Notes: generated from the letters alone by a model not told the origin. A DNA stretch of 64,000 bases from Nitrospirota bacterium (GCA_963699545.1 CAVOUE010000003.1:160001-224000), one strand, 5' to 3'; shown: positions 49,821 to 60,384, counted from the stretch's first letter. Numbers and translations: made by a program.

Positions 49821-50942
49821 ATGGAAGCAAACAGGTTCAAGAACGCAATTCGGGACATCCTGTCCAGTTCGGGCATCGTTATCAATGGAAGCCATCCTTG
49901 GGACATCACCATACATAACGAAGGGTTTTATCAGCGTATCATTAAAGAGGGAAGTGTGGGGCTCGGGGAGTCTTTCATGGACGGATGGTGGGAATGTGAG
50001 CGTCTTGATGCTTTCTTTCATAGGATCATGCTGTACCGCGCGGAAGACATGATTAAAAAGAACTGGAAGATGCTCCTCCCCGTAATCAGGGCTGCTGTCA
50101 TCAATCTCGGCAGCAAATCGAAGGCCTTTCAGGTCGGTAAAGAACATTATGACATCGGAAACGAACTGTACAGGAATATGCTTGATAAAAGGATGGTCTA
50201 CAGCTGCGCTTACTGGAAGAACGCTGAAACACTTGATGAGGCCCAGGAAGCGAAACTTGACCTTATCTGCAGGAAGTTAAACCTGCAGCGCGGCGACAGG
50301 GTGCTCGATATTGGATGCGGATGGGGCAGCTTTATAAAATATGCGGCAGAGGAATATGGGGTAAGAGCAGTAGGTATCACTGTATCCAAAGAACAGATGA
50401 CGCTCGGCAGGGAATTGTGTGCAGGGCTGCCTGTTGAGATCAGATTGCAGGATTACAGGGACGTTGATGGAACGTTTGACCATATCGTTTCTGTTGGGAT
50501 GTTTGAACATGTCGGGTTCAAGAATTACAGGACTTATATGGAGGTCGTTCACAGGTGCCTGAGCGATGATGGACTGTTTCTATTACATACGATAGGCAAG
50601 AATTTTTCTGATGTGACTGTTGATCGCTGGTTCGACAAATATATCTTCCCGAATTCGGTCATCCCGTCAATGAAACAGATAAGCGGTTCCATAGATGACC
50701 TGTTTGTGTTGGAAGACCTGCATAATTTCGGCCCTTATTACGACCAGACCCTTATGTCATGGTTCGGGAATTTCGAGGGAAACTGGGACACATTGAAGAC
50801 ATGCTATGACGACAGGTTTTACCGTATGTGGAAATACTATCTTCTGTGCAGCGCCGGCTCATTCAGGTCAAGGTATCTTCAGGTCTGGCAGATAGTTCTT
50901 TCCAAGAAGGGCGTACCCGGAGGATATAAGCCGGTCCGCTGA
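49821..50942 (+). CDS. cfa: Cyclopropane-fatty-acyl-phospholipid synthase
   Basis: GLGESFMDGWW, HYDIGN, YSCAYW, LDIGCGWG, SVGMFEHVG, KYIFP, RMW.YYL. Confidence 0.93.
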   Translation: MEANRFKNAIRDILSSSGIVINGSHPWDITIHNEGFYQRIIKEGSVGLGESFMDGWWECERLDAFFHRIMLYRAEDMIKKNWKMLLPVIRAAVINLGSKSKAFQVGKEHYDIGNELYRNMLDKRMVYSCAYWKNAETLDEAQEAKLDLICRKLNLQRGDRVLDIGCGWGSFIKYAAEEYGVRAVGITVSKEQMTLGRELCAGLPVEIRLQDYRDVDGTFDHIVSVGMFEHVGFKNYRTYMEVVHRCLSDDGLFLLHTIGKNFSDVTVDRWFDKYIFPNSVIPSMKQISGSIDDLFVLEDLHNFGPYYDQTLMSWFGNFEGNWDTLKTCYDDRFYRMWKYYLLCSAGSFRSRYLQVWQIVLSKKGVPGGYKPVR

Positions 50943-52676
50943 GAACCTCGCTCACCTTTTGCTTTCCCTCGGCTTTTCGCGCACCACTTCGCGGGCGGTC
51001 TTTATCCTCGCGCAGTCGCAAGAAAACGGGCTGTCTCATGATGCCCTCGTCGGTCCAGCCGTGGAAAGCAACCTCGCAGACCAGCTTCGGCTTTACCCAG
51101 GTGACCGGCGCATTGGTCTCCGGTTCCACTTTAAAGGGGCATTTTTTTTGGATCAGGGGCTCCAATTTTTCGCGGATTTCCTTCAGATCCTTCGCCGCGA
51201 ATCCGCCTCCCGAATGACCGATGTAAATCAACTCGTCCCCCTCGAATACGCCCAGGACAAGGGAGCCGAAATATTTTCTGCCCCCTCTCGGTTCCGTGAA
51301 TCCTGCGATCACGCCCTCCTGCGTAAGCTGCGTCTTTACCTTCAGCCACTGCCGGCTCCTTCTGCCCATCCGGTAGGCGCTTTGAGAATGTTTGGCGATG
51401 ATCCCCTCGAGTCCCTTTTCTTTGACGACATTGAAAAACAGGACGCCCTCTTTCGATACGTGATCGCTGAATTTTATTTTCGGGGAAGACGGGAGAATTT
51501 TTTTCAGGAGTTCTTTTCTCCTGAGCAGGGGCAGGTTCGTCAGATCATGTCCCTGGAAGTACAGGAGATCAAAGACGTAGTAGAGCAGATGACCGCTTCC
51601 GGATTTTTGGTAATTCTGGAGCATCTGGAAATCAGGATGTCCCTGATCATCCACCACAACAATTTCGCCGTCCAGAACAGCCTCAAATCTGAATTTCTGC
51701 AGCGACTCCACAATAGGAAAAAACTTTTTGTTTAACGAGATCAGGTTTCGGGAATAAAGCGAAACGTCTCCGTCCCGGATTTCGGCAATGGCCCGGTACC
51801 CGTCCCATTTCACCTCAAAGATCCAGTCCGGATGATCAAACGGTTCTTTGACCAGGGTCGCGAGCATCGGTTTTATGCCGTGCGGCATCGGTTTAACCGG
51901 CGCATCCTTCAGGTCCTCCCATTTCCATCGCTTCGCGAAGACGGATTTGGTTTATTTTTTTGACTGGAAGATTTCTCCGGTTCGGCTTCGGAAACCTCCT
52001 CCAGGGTCTTATTGGACACTACGGAACGGTTCTCCCTGAGAATGTCCCCTTTGATCGCATATCGGTCTTTCTTCTTCAGAAGCAGCCACGACTTCTCGTC
52101 CCTTCCCGTCTTTACCAGCGCGAATTCACCCTGAAGCTTTTCTCCCTCGAGGACAAACTTCATATTCCCTTTTCTTAATCCGTCCAGAAGAAGTTTCTCA
52201 CTTTCTTTTCTCTCTTTTGCGGAAGGGTGATGATAAAAGCCCCTGTCCCAGATGATGACGCTTCCTGCGCCGTAATTGCCCTCAGGGATAACGCCCTCAA
52301 AATCCTTGTAATCAAGCGGGTGGTCTTCAACCATCATGGCCAGCCTTTTCAAGGAAGGATCCAGCGATGGCCCCTTCGGCACGGCCCAGCTCTTAAGCAC
52401 CCCTTCCAGCTCGAGCCTGAGATCATAATGGAGGGCCCGGGCCGCGTGCTTATGAATAACAAAAATGAGATGGTTCCCCGTATGCAGGCGGGGACAGTCC
52501 CGATTCTACGACTTCGCTTCGCTTCGTCCGTAAACCTGCCCGGACCTGCCTACCGGACAGGCAGACGGCAGGCGGGCCTGCCTGTCCGGTAGGCAGGTCC
52601 GGGACAGTCCCCTTATTTGGTTTCGGCTCGGTGTTTTCCCGAATTTCCGTTTGGATTCGTATTCCTTTAATCCCAT
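50863..52676 (-). CDS. ligD: LigD, phosphoesterase + ATP-dependent ligase domains; several frameshifts, a repeat insertion near the 5' end, 3' end uncertain
   Basis: MGLKEYESKRKFGKTP start, FVIHKH...HYDLRLE..GVLKSWAVPKGPSLDP (PE), FEVKWDGYR, LDGEIV, EGIIAK, WLKVK (ligase). Confidence 0.88.
52491..52611. repeat. Nested palindromic repeats: GGGACAGTCCC-bounded element containing 63 bp of CCTGCC..GGCAGG units
   Basis: GGGACAGTCCC at 52491 and 52601; perfect 26-bp IR 52539-52564/52578-52603. Confidence 0.9.
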
Positions 52677-52710
52677 GTTGGAAATTCCATTCCTTATAGA
52701 CCTAAATCCG

Positions 52711-52888
52711 GCAGGTGGGAACAGGTACCTGAGCGACCTGGCACGTATTTCGTTCCGGGTCTTCGCGAAATGGAGCGTCCGCAGCCGTGACTGTCTGAGC
52801 CCGAAGGGCGAGTTTCACGGGTGCAGCGCAATAAGCATAGAGCCGTAGAAATAGGGCCTTTCGAGCGAAGGGTCCTGTTCCCACCTGC
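52711..52888. repeat. 178-bp MITE-like foldback element
   Basis: 15-bp perfect terminal IR GCAGGTGGGAACAGG/CCTGTTCCCACCTGC with internal hairpins. Confidence 0.65.
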
Positions 52889-52895
52889 GTTTGCC

Positions 52896-53803
52896 TCATA
52901 GATGAGGAAGCTTCTGTTTTTTCACGAGCACCTCTCGAAAGAGGTCACCCTTTTTTTCGGCCCTGCTCACTGCTTCCGAATGCATCACCTGCAGCTTTTC
53001 CGGGTCACCAAGCCCGGCCAAATTCTCCAGTTCCTTCCATGCAAGGGGAAACGAAACGACCGGTTTTTCCCGGGCCCGCAGGGAATACACGCAGATCATC
53101 GTCTTTGAAGAGTCGTTTTGAGACCAGTTGATAAAGACCTTTGCTTTCCGGTATTCCTTCGCCATTTTCGCGGTCACCAGGTCCGGATAATTCTTCTGCA
53201 TGATTACTGCCACGGCCTTTGAAAATTTCTTGGTATCCTCAAAGGTCGTCTCTTTGCGGTTCAGGGGGACATATACATGGAGTCCTTTTTTGCCCGAGGT
53301 TTTTACATAGCTTGCAAGCCGCACCTCAGGGAGCAGGTCCCGAAGTATCAGCGCCACCCGTGGCACAATCCAGAATGTTCGCCCGATCGCCGGGATCCAG
53401 ATCGAAGACCATGGAATCGGGCGTTTCAGGGGAACCGGCCCTGGCCAGAGGCACATGGAGCTCAAGAGACGCAAGGTTCTCCACCCATATCAGCGTTTCC
53501 AGATCGTTGACCAGGCAGACTGTCATCCTCTCTCCATCATCCCGGCGGACCTCCGCTGTTTTCACCCATTCCGGACGGTGAGAGGGACAGCGCTTCTCGA
53601 AAAAGAAATCCTTATCCACTCCTTCGGGATAGCGCTTTAAGGTCAATGCCCGGTCTTTCAAATGGGGCAGGATGAACTTCGCAATCCTGCGGTAGTATTC
53701 CAGGATGTGGGCCTTCGTAAAACCATAGGAGGGATAGAGGTCCTTTTCAAGGTTCGATAAAGAGAGTCTTCTCCCGGCTAATCTCGACGACTTTTCGGCT
53801 CAC
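52896..53803 (-). CDS. Stand-alone LigD primase-polymerase domain, frameshifted
   Basis: LSNLEK.LYP..GFTK, LTLKRYPEGV..FFEKRCP, ELHVPL, MVFDLDPG, KTSGKKGLHVYVPL, VFINWSQN, YSLRA. Confidence 0.88.
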
Positions 53804-54646
53804 CGGTTCTTTTTCACTTTGCGCATGCTCTCCTCGAGCGCGGCGACCAGATCGGGCGGGCCTTCTCCCTCTTCTTCCTCCACTTCAGGAGCCTCCACCA
53901 GGGCTTTTTCCTTCGCCTTCTTCTTCAGGAGATCCATGATCTTTTTCCGGCGCCTGTCCGCATATTTTTCCGGGTTAAAGTCCGCCATCATTTTCCTGAT
54001 GCTCTTGTTTTATACGGCTTTTCTCTTCGGCTTCGATCTTTCCTTCCTTCGGTGCGATGTCTTCATCGGGAAGTATCTCTTCGCGGTAATGAAGGGTGAT
54101 CAGGGCCAGCGCTCCCTCCGTGCTTTTGACCGCCACAAGATACTCGCGCTCACCGAGCACGAATTTCGCGAGCCCGGCCTTGTTTGTCCGGCGCATCACC
54201 TCGACCAGCAGCCGATAAGCTTTTTCGCCCCCTTTCGAAGGAACGAGATAATACGGGTGATCGTAATAGATCGGATCCACTTCCTTCATATCGATGAACT
54301 CGATGATCTCGATCGTACGGCTCCGTTCGGGCGACACGGACTCCAATTCCTCGTCCGTTATCAGTATGTATTTGTCCGGTCCGATTTCGTATCCCCTGAC
54401 AATCTCATCCGGAGGGACCATCTTTTCTTCTTCCGGACAGAACATTCTTCTCTGGAGGGGAGAGTAATCCTTGCTGTGGAGCATGCGAAAAGAGACACGG
54501 CCGGGCTCGACGGCCTTCACCAACTGTACCGGGATCGCCACCAGGCTGAAACTGATCGTCCCGCTCCATATTCCCTGGCAGGCCGCTTCATTCCCCCTCC
54601 TTGAAGACGACTTCGGCGGGATCTGGACCGGATCGCGAGTTTTCAA
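53800..54646 (-). CDS. ku: Ku protein (copy 1), one frameshift
   Basis: IWSGTISFSLVAIPVQL, IVRGYE, DPIYYDHPYYLVP, AY.LL..M; tail PDLVAALEES. Confidence 0.9.
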
Positions 54647-54647
54647 T

Positions 54648-55419
54648 TCAGGCCACCTTCTTCAGGCTCGCTTCAAGGGCCTGAAGCAGCTTATCCGATG
54701 CTGTGGGTTTCAGGCGCCTGGGGCGCAGGACCGCAATCTTTTCTCCGCGGGCTTTCTTCTCGATCAGATCTTGGAGCTTTTTCTGATGTTCGTTTTCGAA
54801 TTTCTGCGGCTGAAAAGGCCCGGTCAGCTGATTGATCAGATCACTCCCGATCTTCAGTTCTTTTTCAGACAAAGGGATATTCTGCAGTTCAAGAGATTTT
54901 ACCGAAATCACTTCGTCGGCATACCGCAGGGTATTCAGGCGAAGGATCCTTCCCGCTTGCCTGCAAGGCCCCGAGATAGTACCTCTTTCTCATGGCCCAG
55001 GTGCAGATACCTGCCACCTCCATTTCCTCCAAAGCCCCGACAAGCGCGTTATATCCTTTTAAATGAATATCCGGCTCCAGGTAGTAGACGCGCTCAAGAA
55101 AGAGGGGATCGATCTGTTCGGTCTTGACGAATTCGTGGACTTCGATCATCCGGCTGCTTTCGGGAGCGGTCTGTTCGAGTTCCTCAGGATCGACGATGAT
55201 ATATTTCCCCTCCTCCACTTCAAACCCTTTGGCCTGTGCTTCCGTCGGCACCGGTTTCTTTTCATACGCACAGATCATCTGCTGGCGCAATTTCACATGA
55301 TCACGCTTGTGAAGGAGGTGAAACTGGATCCGCTCTTCCTTGATTGCGGTATGCAGCTTCACGGGCACATTGACATCCCCGAAATGGATATTTCCTTTCC
55401 AGATCGCTTTTCCCGCCAT
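54648..55419 (-). CDS. ku: Ku protein (copy 2), one frameshift
   Basis: AIWKGNIHFG.VNVPVKL, FHLLHK.D, KGFEV, IDP.F..R.YYL.P; tail LL.ALEASL. Confidence 0.9.
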
Positions 55420-55686
55420 CGAAAACTCCTCAACAGTCCTTTCAAGACCAGGCTATTTGTTTCGCCCTTTATGACCTTCCCTATAAGAAAAGTATCGCAC
55501 AAAATGTCCTGCTGTCAAATTGTATTTTTTTGAGAAAATGCTCAGATCAGGCAACGAGGTCGCTGGAATGGATTTCGATCCGTGAAGAGGGCAGTTAAGG
55601 GGTTTGAATAGTCGTTCCGGATTCTCAGAGCGCCTCCATGTACCATCTCCAGAGCTATAACGTATGGCAAAGTCTTAAGCGGCCTT

Positions 55687-56895
55687 CTATGCGTTTCTTT
55701 CAACATGCACGGTCATGACAAATATCGGCACGGCTATCGCAAGGGCTGCGGACATCACCCAGAACGAGAAAAGATAACCGTGGTGTGCCAGGAGAACCCC
55801 GGCGAGTATAGGGCCTGATGCGTGCCCTATATCGAAAATCGTGCCAAAGGTCCCCATGGCGGTCCCGAAGTGTTTCTGTTTGCAGAGATCAGCCACAAAG
55901 GCTGCGCCCGAAGAGGTAACGAGCGCTTCTCCCAGGCCGAAGAAAGCAGCGGTAAGCATAAGCAGATAAAAATTTTTGAATACCGGTATCAGGCCGAAGG
56001 AGACCGCGCAGATGAGGATTCCTACGCTTATCAATGCTTTTCTCCCGTATTTGTCTGACGTCCTTCCCATAATCGGCTTTGAAAGTACTGTTGTTACCAC
56101 CTGCACTCCCCACAGGATACCCGCCTGAAATTCATTGAGACCGACAACCTTTACTGCGTAGATTGGCAGAAAGGCCTCCAGGGCGCCCATGGTCATGTTC
56201 TGAAGACCTTCTACTGCGGAGGTAATTGCAACCCGTTTGTCGCTTATGACCTCTTTTATTCCTGAGATGAACTTCAGGGATGCTTCCTTGAGTCCTCTCC
56301 CATCAGATGCAGATTTGTCTCCTCGCAGTACTCCAATCGCTAAAATAAGCGCCAGGAGACCCGCGATGCCGCTTGCAAGATACGCGTATTGAAAATCAAT
56401 TATGCAGGGGCTTGCAGCTCCGGGGCTTCTGTGGAGTATGAAGCCGCCCAGCGGCGCACCCAGAAGGTTCCCGATGATTGTCACTGAAGAAAACCATGAA
56501 AGCATCTCCCCTTTCTTCGCGCCGGCGATGTCAGCAACTACCGCCATGGAGACCGGGCCGTAGACAGCAGTGGCAAGACCGTGCAGGAACCTGATGATAA
56601 TGAGCAAGGTGTAGTCCTTTACCTGAAGATAGGCAAAAGGCATGAAGGCGAAAAAGAGAAGACCGACCATCATTGTCCTCTTCCTGCCTATGACATCTGA
56701 CAACGCACCTGCGGGAAGCTTGAAGAATATCCCTGTTACGGTCGATATCCCCACAGCAAACCCTATGGCCTCGGGACCTGCTCCGAGATAGAGGGCAAAG
56801 AGGGGGAGTACCGGGCTTCTTGCAAGGGCGTAAGACAGCCGCGCAAAGAAGCCCACAGAGCAAAGTGCAGTAAAGGGAGAAAGTATATTGGTCAT
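55687..56895 (-). CDS. MFS transporter
   Basis: 12-TM pattern, G.LSDVIGRK and GRTSDKYGRK motif A. Confidence 0.9.
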   Translation of the reverse strand: MTNILSPFTALCSVGFFARLSYALARSPVLPLFALYLGAGPEAIGFAVGISTVTGIFFKLPAGALSDVIGRKRTMMVGLLFFAFMPFAYLQVKDYTLLIIIRFLHGLATAVYGPVSMAVVADIAGAKKGEMLSWFSSVTIIGNLLGAPLGGFILHRSPGAASPCIIDFQYAYLASGIAGLLALILAIGVLRGDKSASDGRGLKEASLKFISGIKEVISDKRVAITSAVEGLQNMTMGALEAFLPIYAVKVVGLNEFQAGILWGVQVVTTVLSKPIMGRTSDKYGRKALISVGILICAVSFGLIPVFKNFYLLMLTAAFFGLGEALVTSSGAAFVADLCKQKHFGTAMGTFGTIFDIGHASGPILAGVLLAHHGYLFSFWVMSAALAIAVPIFVMTVHVERNA

Positions 56896-56905
56896 CTCTT
56901 GCCCG

Positions 56906-57460
56906 TTAGTGCTTTATTGGTGTCTGCCGGTCATAATAGATGCTCTTTCCCGTTATGCTTACAGGGATGCCCATTACCACTTCGCCCTTGATCAGGCCCA
57001 TTGCCCTTGCAGCAGCGCCAACACGCTGCTGGACCCTGTTGTCGACATTCAGAAGGCTCGCCGTCTTTGCCGCCGATGACAGCGCAACGCCGATATCAAT
57101 CATTCTCATCACGCAATGTGGCCCCGTGTATCCCATTTCCTTGTCCTTCATCTGTTTGGCCTTTTCAAATTCCTTGCAGGTGGGATAACCGCATCCTCCG
57201 CAGTCATATCCTGCGGTTACAGGCTTGCTTAACCCTACGAGAAGAAGAGCCTGGGAATTCTCTATGTTGGAGGCATCCCTCAGCCAATAGGCTTCGTTTG
57301 TGCTTTTCGGGGCATATTCCTTCATCGCATCAGCTATTCTCTTAAGGTCTTCGTCCTTTGTGATGACGACTATTTCGAGAAAGTCCTTCCCACCAGCCTT
57401 GGGAGCGGTCCTCGCAGACGCTGCCATTAACTTTGCCGCCATCTCTGTAACTTCTTTCAT
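56906..57460 (-). CDS. DUF2148/ferredoxin-like protein
   Basis: ARTAPKAGG.D, DCGGCGYPTC, GP.C....D.G.A..SA, VDNRV, GK.IY.DR. Confidence 0.8.
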   Translation of the reverse strand: MKEVTEMAAKLMAASARTAPKAGGKDFLEIVVITKDEDLKRIADAMKEYAPKSTNEAYWLRDASNIENSQALLLVGLSKPVTAGYDCGGCGYPTCKEFEKAKQMKDKEMGYTGPHCVMRMIDIGVALSSAAKTASLLNVDNRVQQRVGAAARAMGLIKGEVVMGIPVSITGKSIYYDRQTPIKH

Positions 57461-57512
57461 CGTGAACCTCCTTTGCAATACGACTCAAGTAAGGGCACCT
57501 ATTTGCCCTTCA

Positions 57513-58531
57513 TTAAATAAGCACCTTCCATACATACCCTGCCAAGGCAGAGCCAATTATCACCGGGATCATCCCCCATTTAAAGCGGGTCATTCCAACA
57601 AAGGCACCCACTGAGGCAACCAGTGCATACCAGTCAAATCCTTTACCCTCAGGCAGTAGCACATGATAGGTGAATATGACGGACAGGTTCAGGACAACAC
57701 CGACAATTGCCGCGGTGATTGTCGAAAGTGCCGACCCCAGCTTGATGTTATTGCGGAGCTTCTCAATATAAGGTGCGCCAAGGAATATCCACAGGAAGCA
57801 GGGAGCGAAGGTGACCCATGTGAGGGAGAAAACCACAACGTCAGGCAGACAGCCATCACCTTTAGAGAGCGCAACCAGGTAGGGTTGACGCGGTCCTGAG
57901 CCAGCGTTTCGTCATTCAGCACGACATCGGCATGATGGGCTTCTTTTGACTTTCCCTTAAAGAAAAAGGACGGGGCGATAAAACTACCAAGGAAACCGAT
58001 GGCACCCGCCGAAAGAACGATAGCCGGGAACGGTATGTTCAAGAAATAGATGCCTATGAATGAAAATGCGGCAAGCATTATCAAAACCCAGTTCCTGAGC
58101 GACTTTTTGCCGATCCTTATGACGGCCTCGGCCACTATGGCAGCCACTGCGGGCTTTAGCCCGTAAAAGAAGGCCCCAACAGAAGGGACATTACCAAATG
58201 AGGTATACAGCCATGCAAGTCCCCAGAGTATGAATACTGATGGAAGCACGAAGAAAACTCCTGCGACAATGCCCCCCCACGTTCGATGGAGCAGCCAGCC
58301 GATGTAGATTGCCAGCTGCTGGGCTTCAGGCCCCGGCAAAAGCATGCAGAAATTAAGAGACTGGAGAAAATGGTCCTCATCGATCCATTTCTTTTTTTCA
58401 ACCAGGTCTTTATGCATCATCGCAATCTGGCCTGTCGGCCCCCCAAAACTGATGAAGCCAAGCTTGAACCAGTATTGAAATGCTTCCCTGAATGACGGCT
58501 TGGTTCTCAAGATGAGTTCTCCCTTTTTCAA
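57513..58531 (-). pseudogene. chrA: Chromate efflux transporter ChrA with internal deletion/frameshift near 57827
   Basis: KLGFISFGGPTGQIA, CMLLPGPEAQQLA in the N-half; jumps directly to TWVTFAPCFLWIFLGAPYIE, missing most of the second CHR domain. Confidence 0.75.
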
Positions 58532-59536
58532 TCAACTTTTTGAAACATAAAGCATCTCAAACAGAGCCATCCCTCTTTCGAGGGCATCCGTATCATCTTT
58601 TGCTGCCTTTCGTATCCCGATGAGAATATCTTCCAGCCCTTTTGCTTCGGCAGACCTGTATTTTTCGTCCTTCATATCAAGATCATGAATAATCTCAGCC
58701 ATCTTCCTCACGGTCTTATCCTTAAACCCGAAGGATTTGACAAGTACCTCAAATGTGCATAAATCACCGGCATGGGTGAATTCCCCGCCTCTCATGTCGA
58801 AGACAATGGACCCCCTGCCTATTGAATCCACGTCCTTCTCATCTATGAACTCGAAAGAAGCATTCCTGTCTATGAACTGTCTGATGAGCCAGGCCGATGC
58901 CATTCTGTCTATAAAAGGTTTTTTCCTTGTTATCCATGTCTTGTTATGATAGTCCTCAAGTTTCCGAGGTGTGATAGCAACAGGCTTTTCCTTGCCTGGT
59001 TCAGCCCCTGAAAGGGCTCTGAGATTCGTCTTTGTATGCTTTATTCTTTCGTTTAATGCCCGTCCTTCTCTTGATGAAAAAAAATCCACTCTTTGCACTT
59101 CTTCAAGGTTCTTGAGGATCTTGGCGAACTGCTCTGCTATGCCCTCAACATTCTGAGCCTTTCCACCTTTCTGTATGCTGCTCAACCGTCTTTCAAGATC
59201 ATCCAGAGCTTTACCTATGATCTTGTAGTCATCAGCCCTCTGTTGATCAAACAGGGTGATTATCTCTGAGTCCTTCATCGTGTCGATCTTCTCCGTCTTT
59301 ACAAAGCCGGCCTCACCCTTCATCTCCGCTATTTCAGATACGAGCCACTGCAGGAATTCATAGTGCTCATCATTAAAAGGCAGAATGTACACTGATCCTT
59401 TCAGTTGCATCGCCCCTGCCTTTGTGAGCTTCCGCCAGACCTTCATCCTGTTGCTCACCGGCTTTGAAGGGACACTATAGAAGAAAAGTACCCAGCCCTG
59501 TCCTTTACGGTTGTCTTTGAGCGAAGCGGGTTTCAT
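58532..59536 (-). CDS. chrB: Chromate resistance regulator ChrB
   Basis: R.KVWRKL...GA..L..SVY.LP N-domain; WITR..P.IDR.ASAWLI..FID, FD..GGEFTH.GD.CTFE, IIHDLD. Confidence 0.9.
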   Translation of the reverse strand: MKPASLKDNRKGQGWVLFFYSVPSKPVSNRMKVWRKLTKAGAMQLKGSVYILPFNDEHYEFLQWLVSEIAEMKGEAGFVKTEKIDTMKDSEIITLFDQQRADDYKIIGKALDDLERRLSSIQKGGKAQNVEGIAEQFAKILKNLEEVQRVDFFSSREGRALNERIKHTKTNLRALSGAEPGKEKPVAITPRKLEDYHNKTWITRKKPFIDRMASAWLIRQFIDRNASFEFIDEKDVDSIGRGSIVFDMRGGEFTHAGDLCTFEVLVKSFGFKDKTVRKMAEIIHDLDMKDEKYRSAEAKGLEDILIGIRKAAKDDTDALERGMALFEMLYVSKS

Positions 59537-59570
59537 AGCTCTTCCTCTGTGCCTCCTTCATTCGCAATAT

Positions 59571-59831
59571 TCAAGCTCTGCTGGTGCAAAGCTTGGTTGA
59601 TCCTTTCGGACGATATCCGGACTTACGATGCTTGGGTGCCCCCGCATCCTTCTTCATGTAATTCGCCGCGGTTTCGAACTCTCCTGCCTCTGCAAAGGCA
59701 ATAGCGGTAAAGGTATCCTCTATCTTCTGTCCAACCTTCTTGAATGCCTCTCGTGCAGCGCAGAACTCCCGCTCTTCTGCAAAGGTTATATTGATGAACA
59801 GCTCTTCCAGTTCCCATGTTAAGTTTGTCAT
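59571..59831 (-). CDS. Small protein with duplicated (I/A)xFAE.xEF motif
   Basis: ITFAEEREF and IAFAEAGEFETA; AAAAGGAGG RBS. Confidence 0.7.
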   Translation of the reverse strand: MTNLTWELEELFINITFAEEREFCAAREAFKKVGQKIEDTFTAIAFAEAGEFETAANYMKKDAGAPKHRKSGYRPKGSTKLCTSRA

Positions 59832-59881
59832 GGCATCCTCCTTTTTAGGGCCGCTGTCTTAAGCATGTTACTCTTGTTTGT

Positions 59882-59910
59882 AATGTAACAGATGTTACTT
59901 AGTTTGTCAA
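59882..59910 (-). promoter_or_regulatory. Sigma70 promoter of the chr operon with overlapping palindrome
   Basis: TTGACA-N17-TACATT on the minus strand; GTAACA-GA-TGTTAC at 59885-59898. Confidence 0.7.
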
Positions 59911-59997
59911 GTACAGAATCCGTCGCCACCGAAAGCCTGCTATTATTGTCGTCCGGTTTATGGTTTGAGGAATTCGATAGGGATGATGGTAGGACCG

Positions 59998-60045
59998 TTG
60001 ACATAATGAGAGCGAGCATATTACTATATCGCAGTATGGTAATAT
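59998..60045 (+). promoter_or_regulatory. ars promoter and candidate ArsR operator
   Basis: TTGACA-N18-TACTAT; IR ATATTACTATA-N6-TATGGTAATAT (10/11). Confidence 0.7.
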
Positions 60046-60048
60046 AGT

Positions 60049-60384
60049 ATGGAATTCTTCACACTTCAGGCGAAAGCGATCTCAGATCCAACGAGGCTTC
60101 GGATGCTGAAGCTCCTTGAGCGCGGCGAACTGTGTGTATGCGAGATCATGGAGGTCCTGGACCTCGGACAGTCCACTGCTTCAAAGCATCTGAATATACT
60201 GAAAAGGGCGGGTCTTGTGGAATCCCGAAAGGGTGGCACCTGGTCATACTACCGACTTTCCGACAAATCACGTAATCATAATAAGGATTTCTTGAAGTTC
60301 GTTGCCCTTCATCTTAATGAAGACGACACAATCACCAAAGACAAGAAATGCCTCAATACAAAAAAGAAGATGACCTGCAAATAG
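60049..60384 (+). CDS. arsR: ArsR-family repressor
   Basis: KA.SDPTRLR, ELCVCEI metal site, QST.SKHL..LK.AGLV, W.YY.L. Confidence 0.92.
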   Translation: MEFFTLQAKAISDPTRLRMLKLLERGELCVCEIMEVLDLGQSTASKHLNILKRAGLVESRKGGTWSYYRLSDKSRNHNKDFLKFVALHLNEDDTITKDKKCLNTKKKMTCK

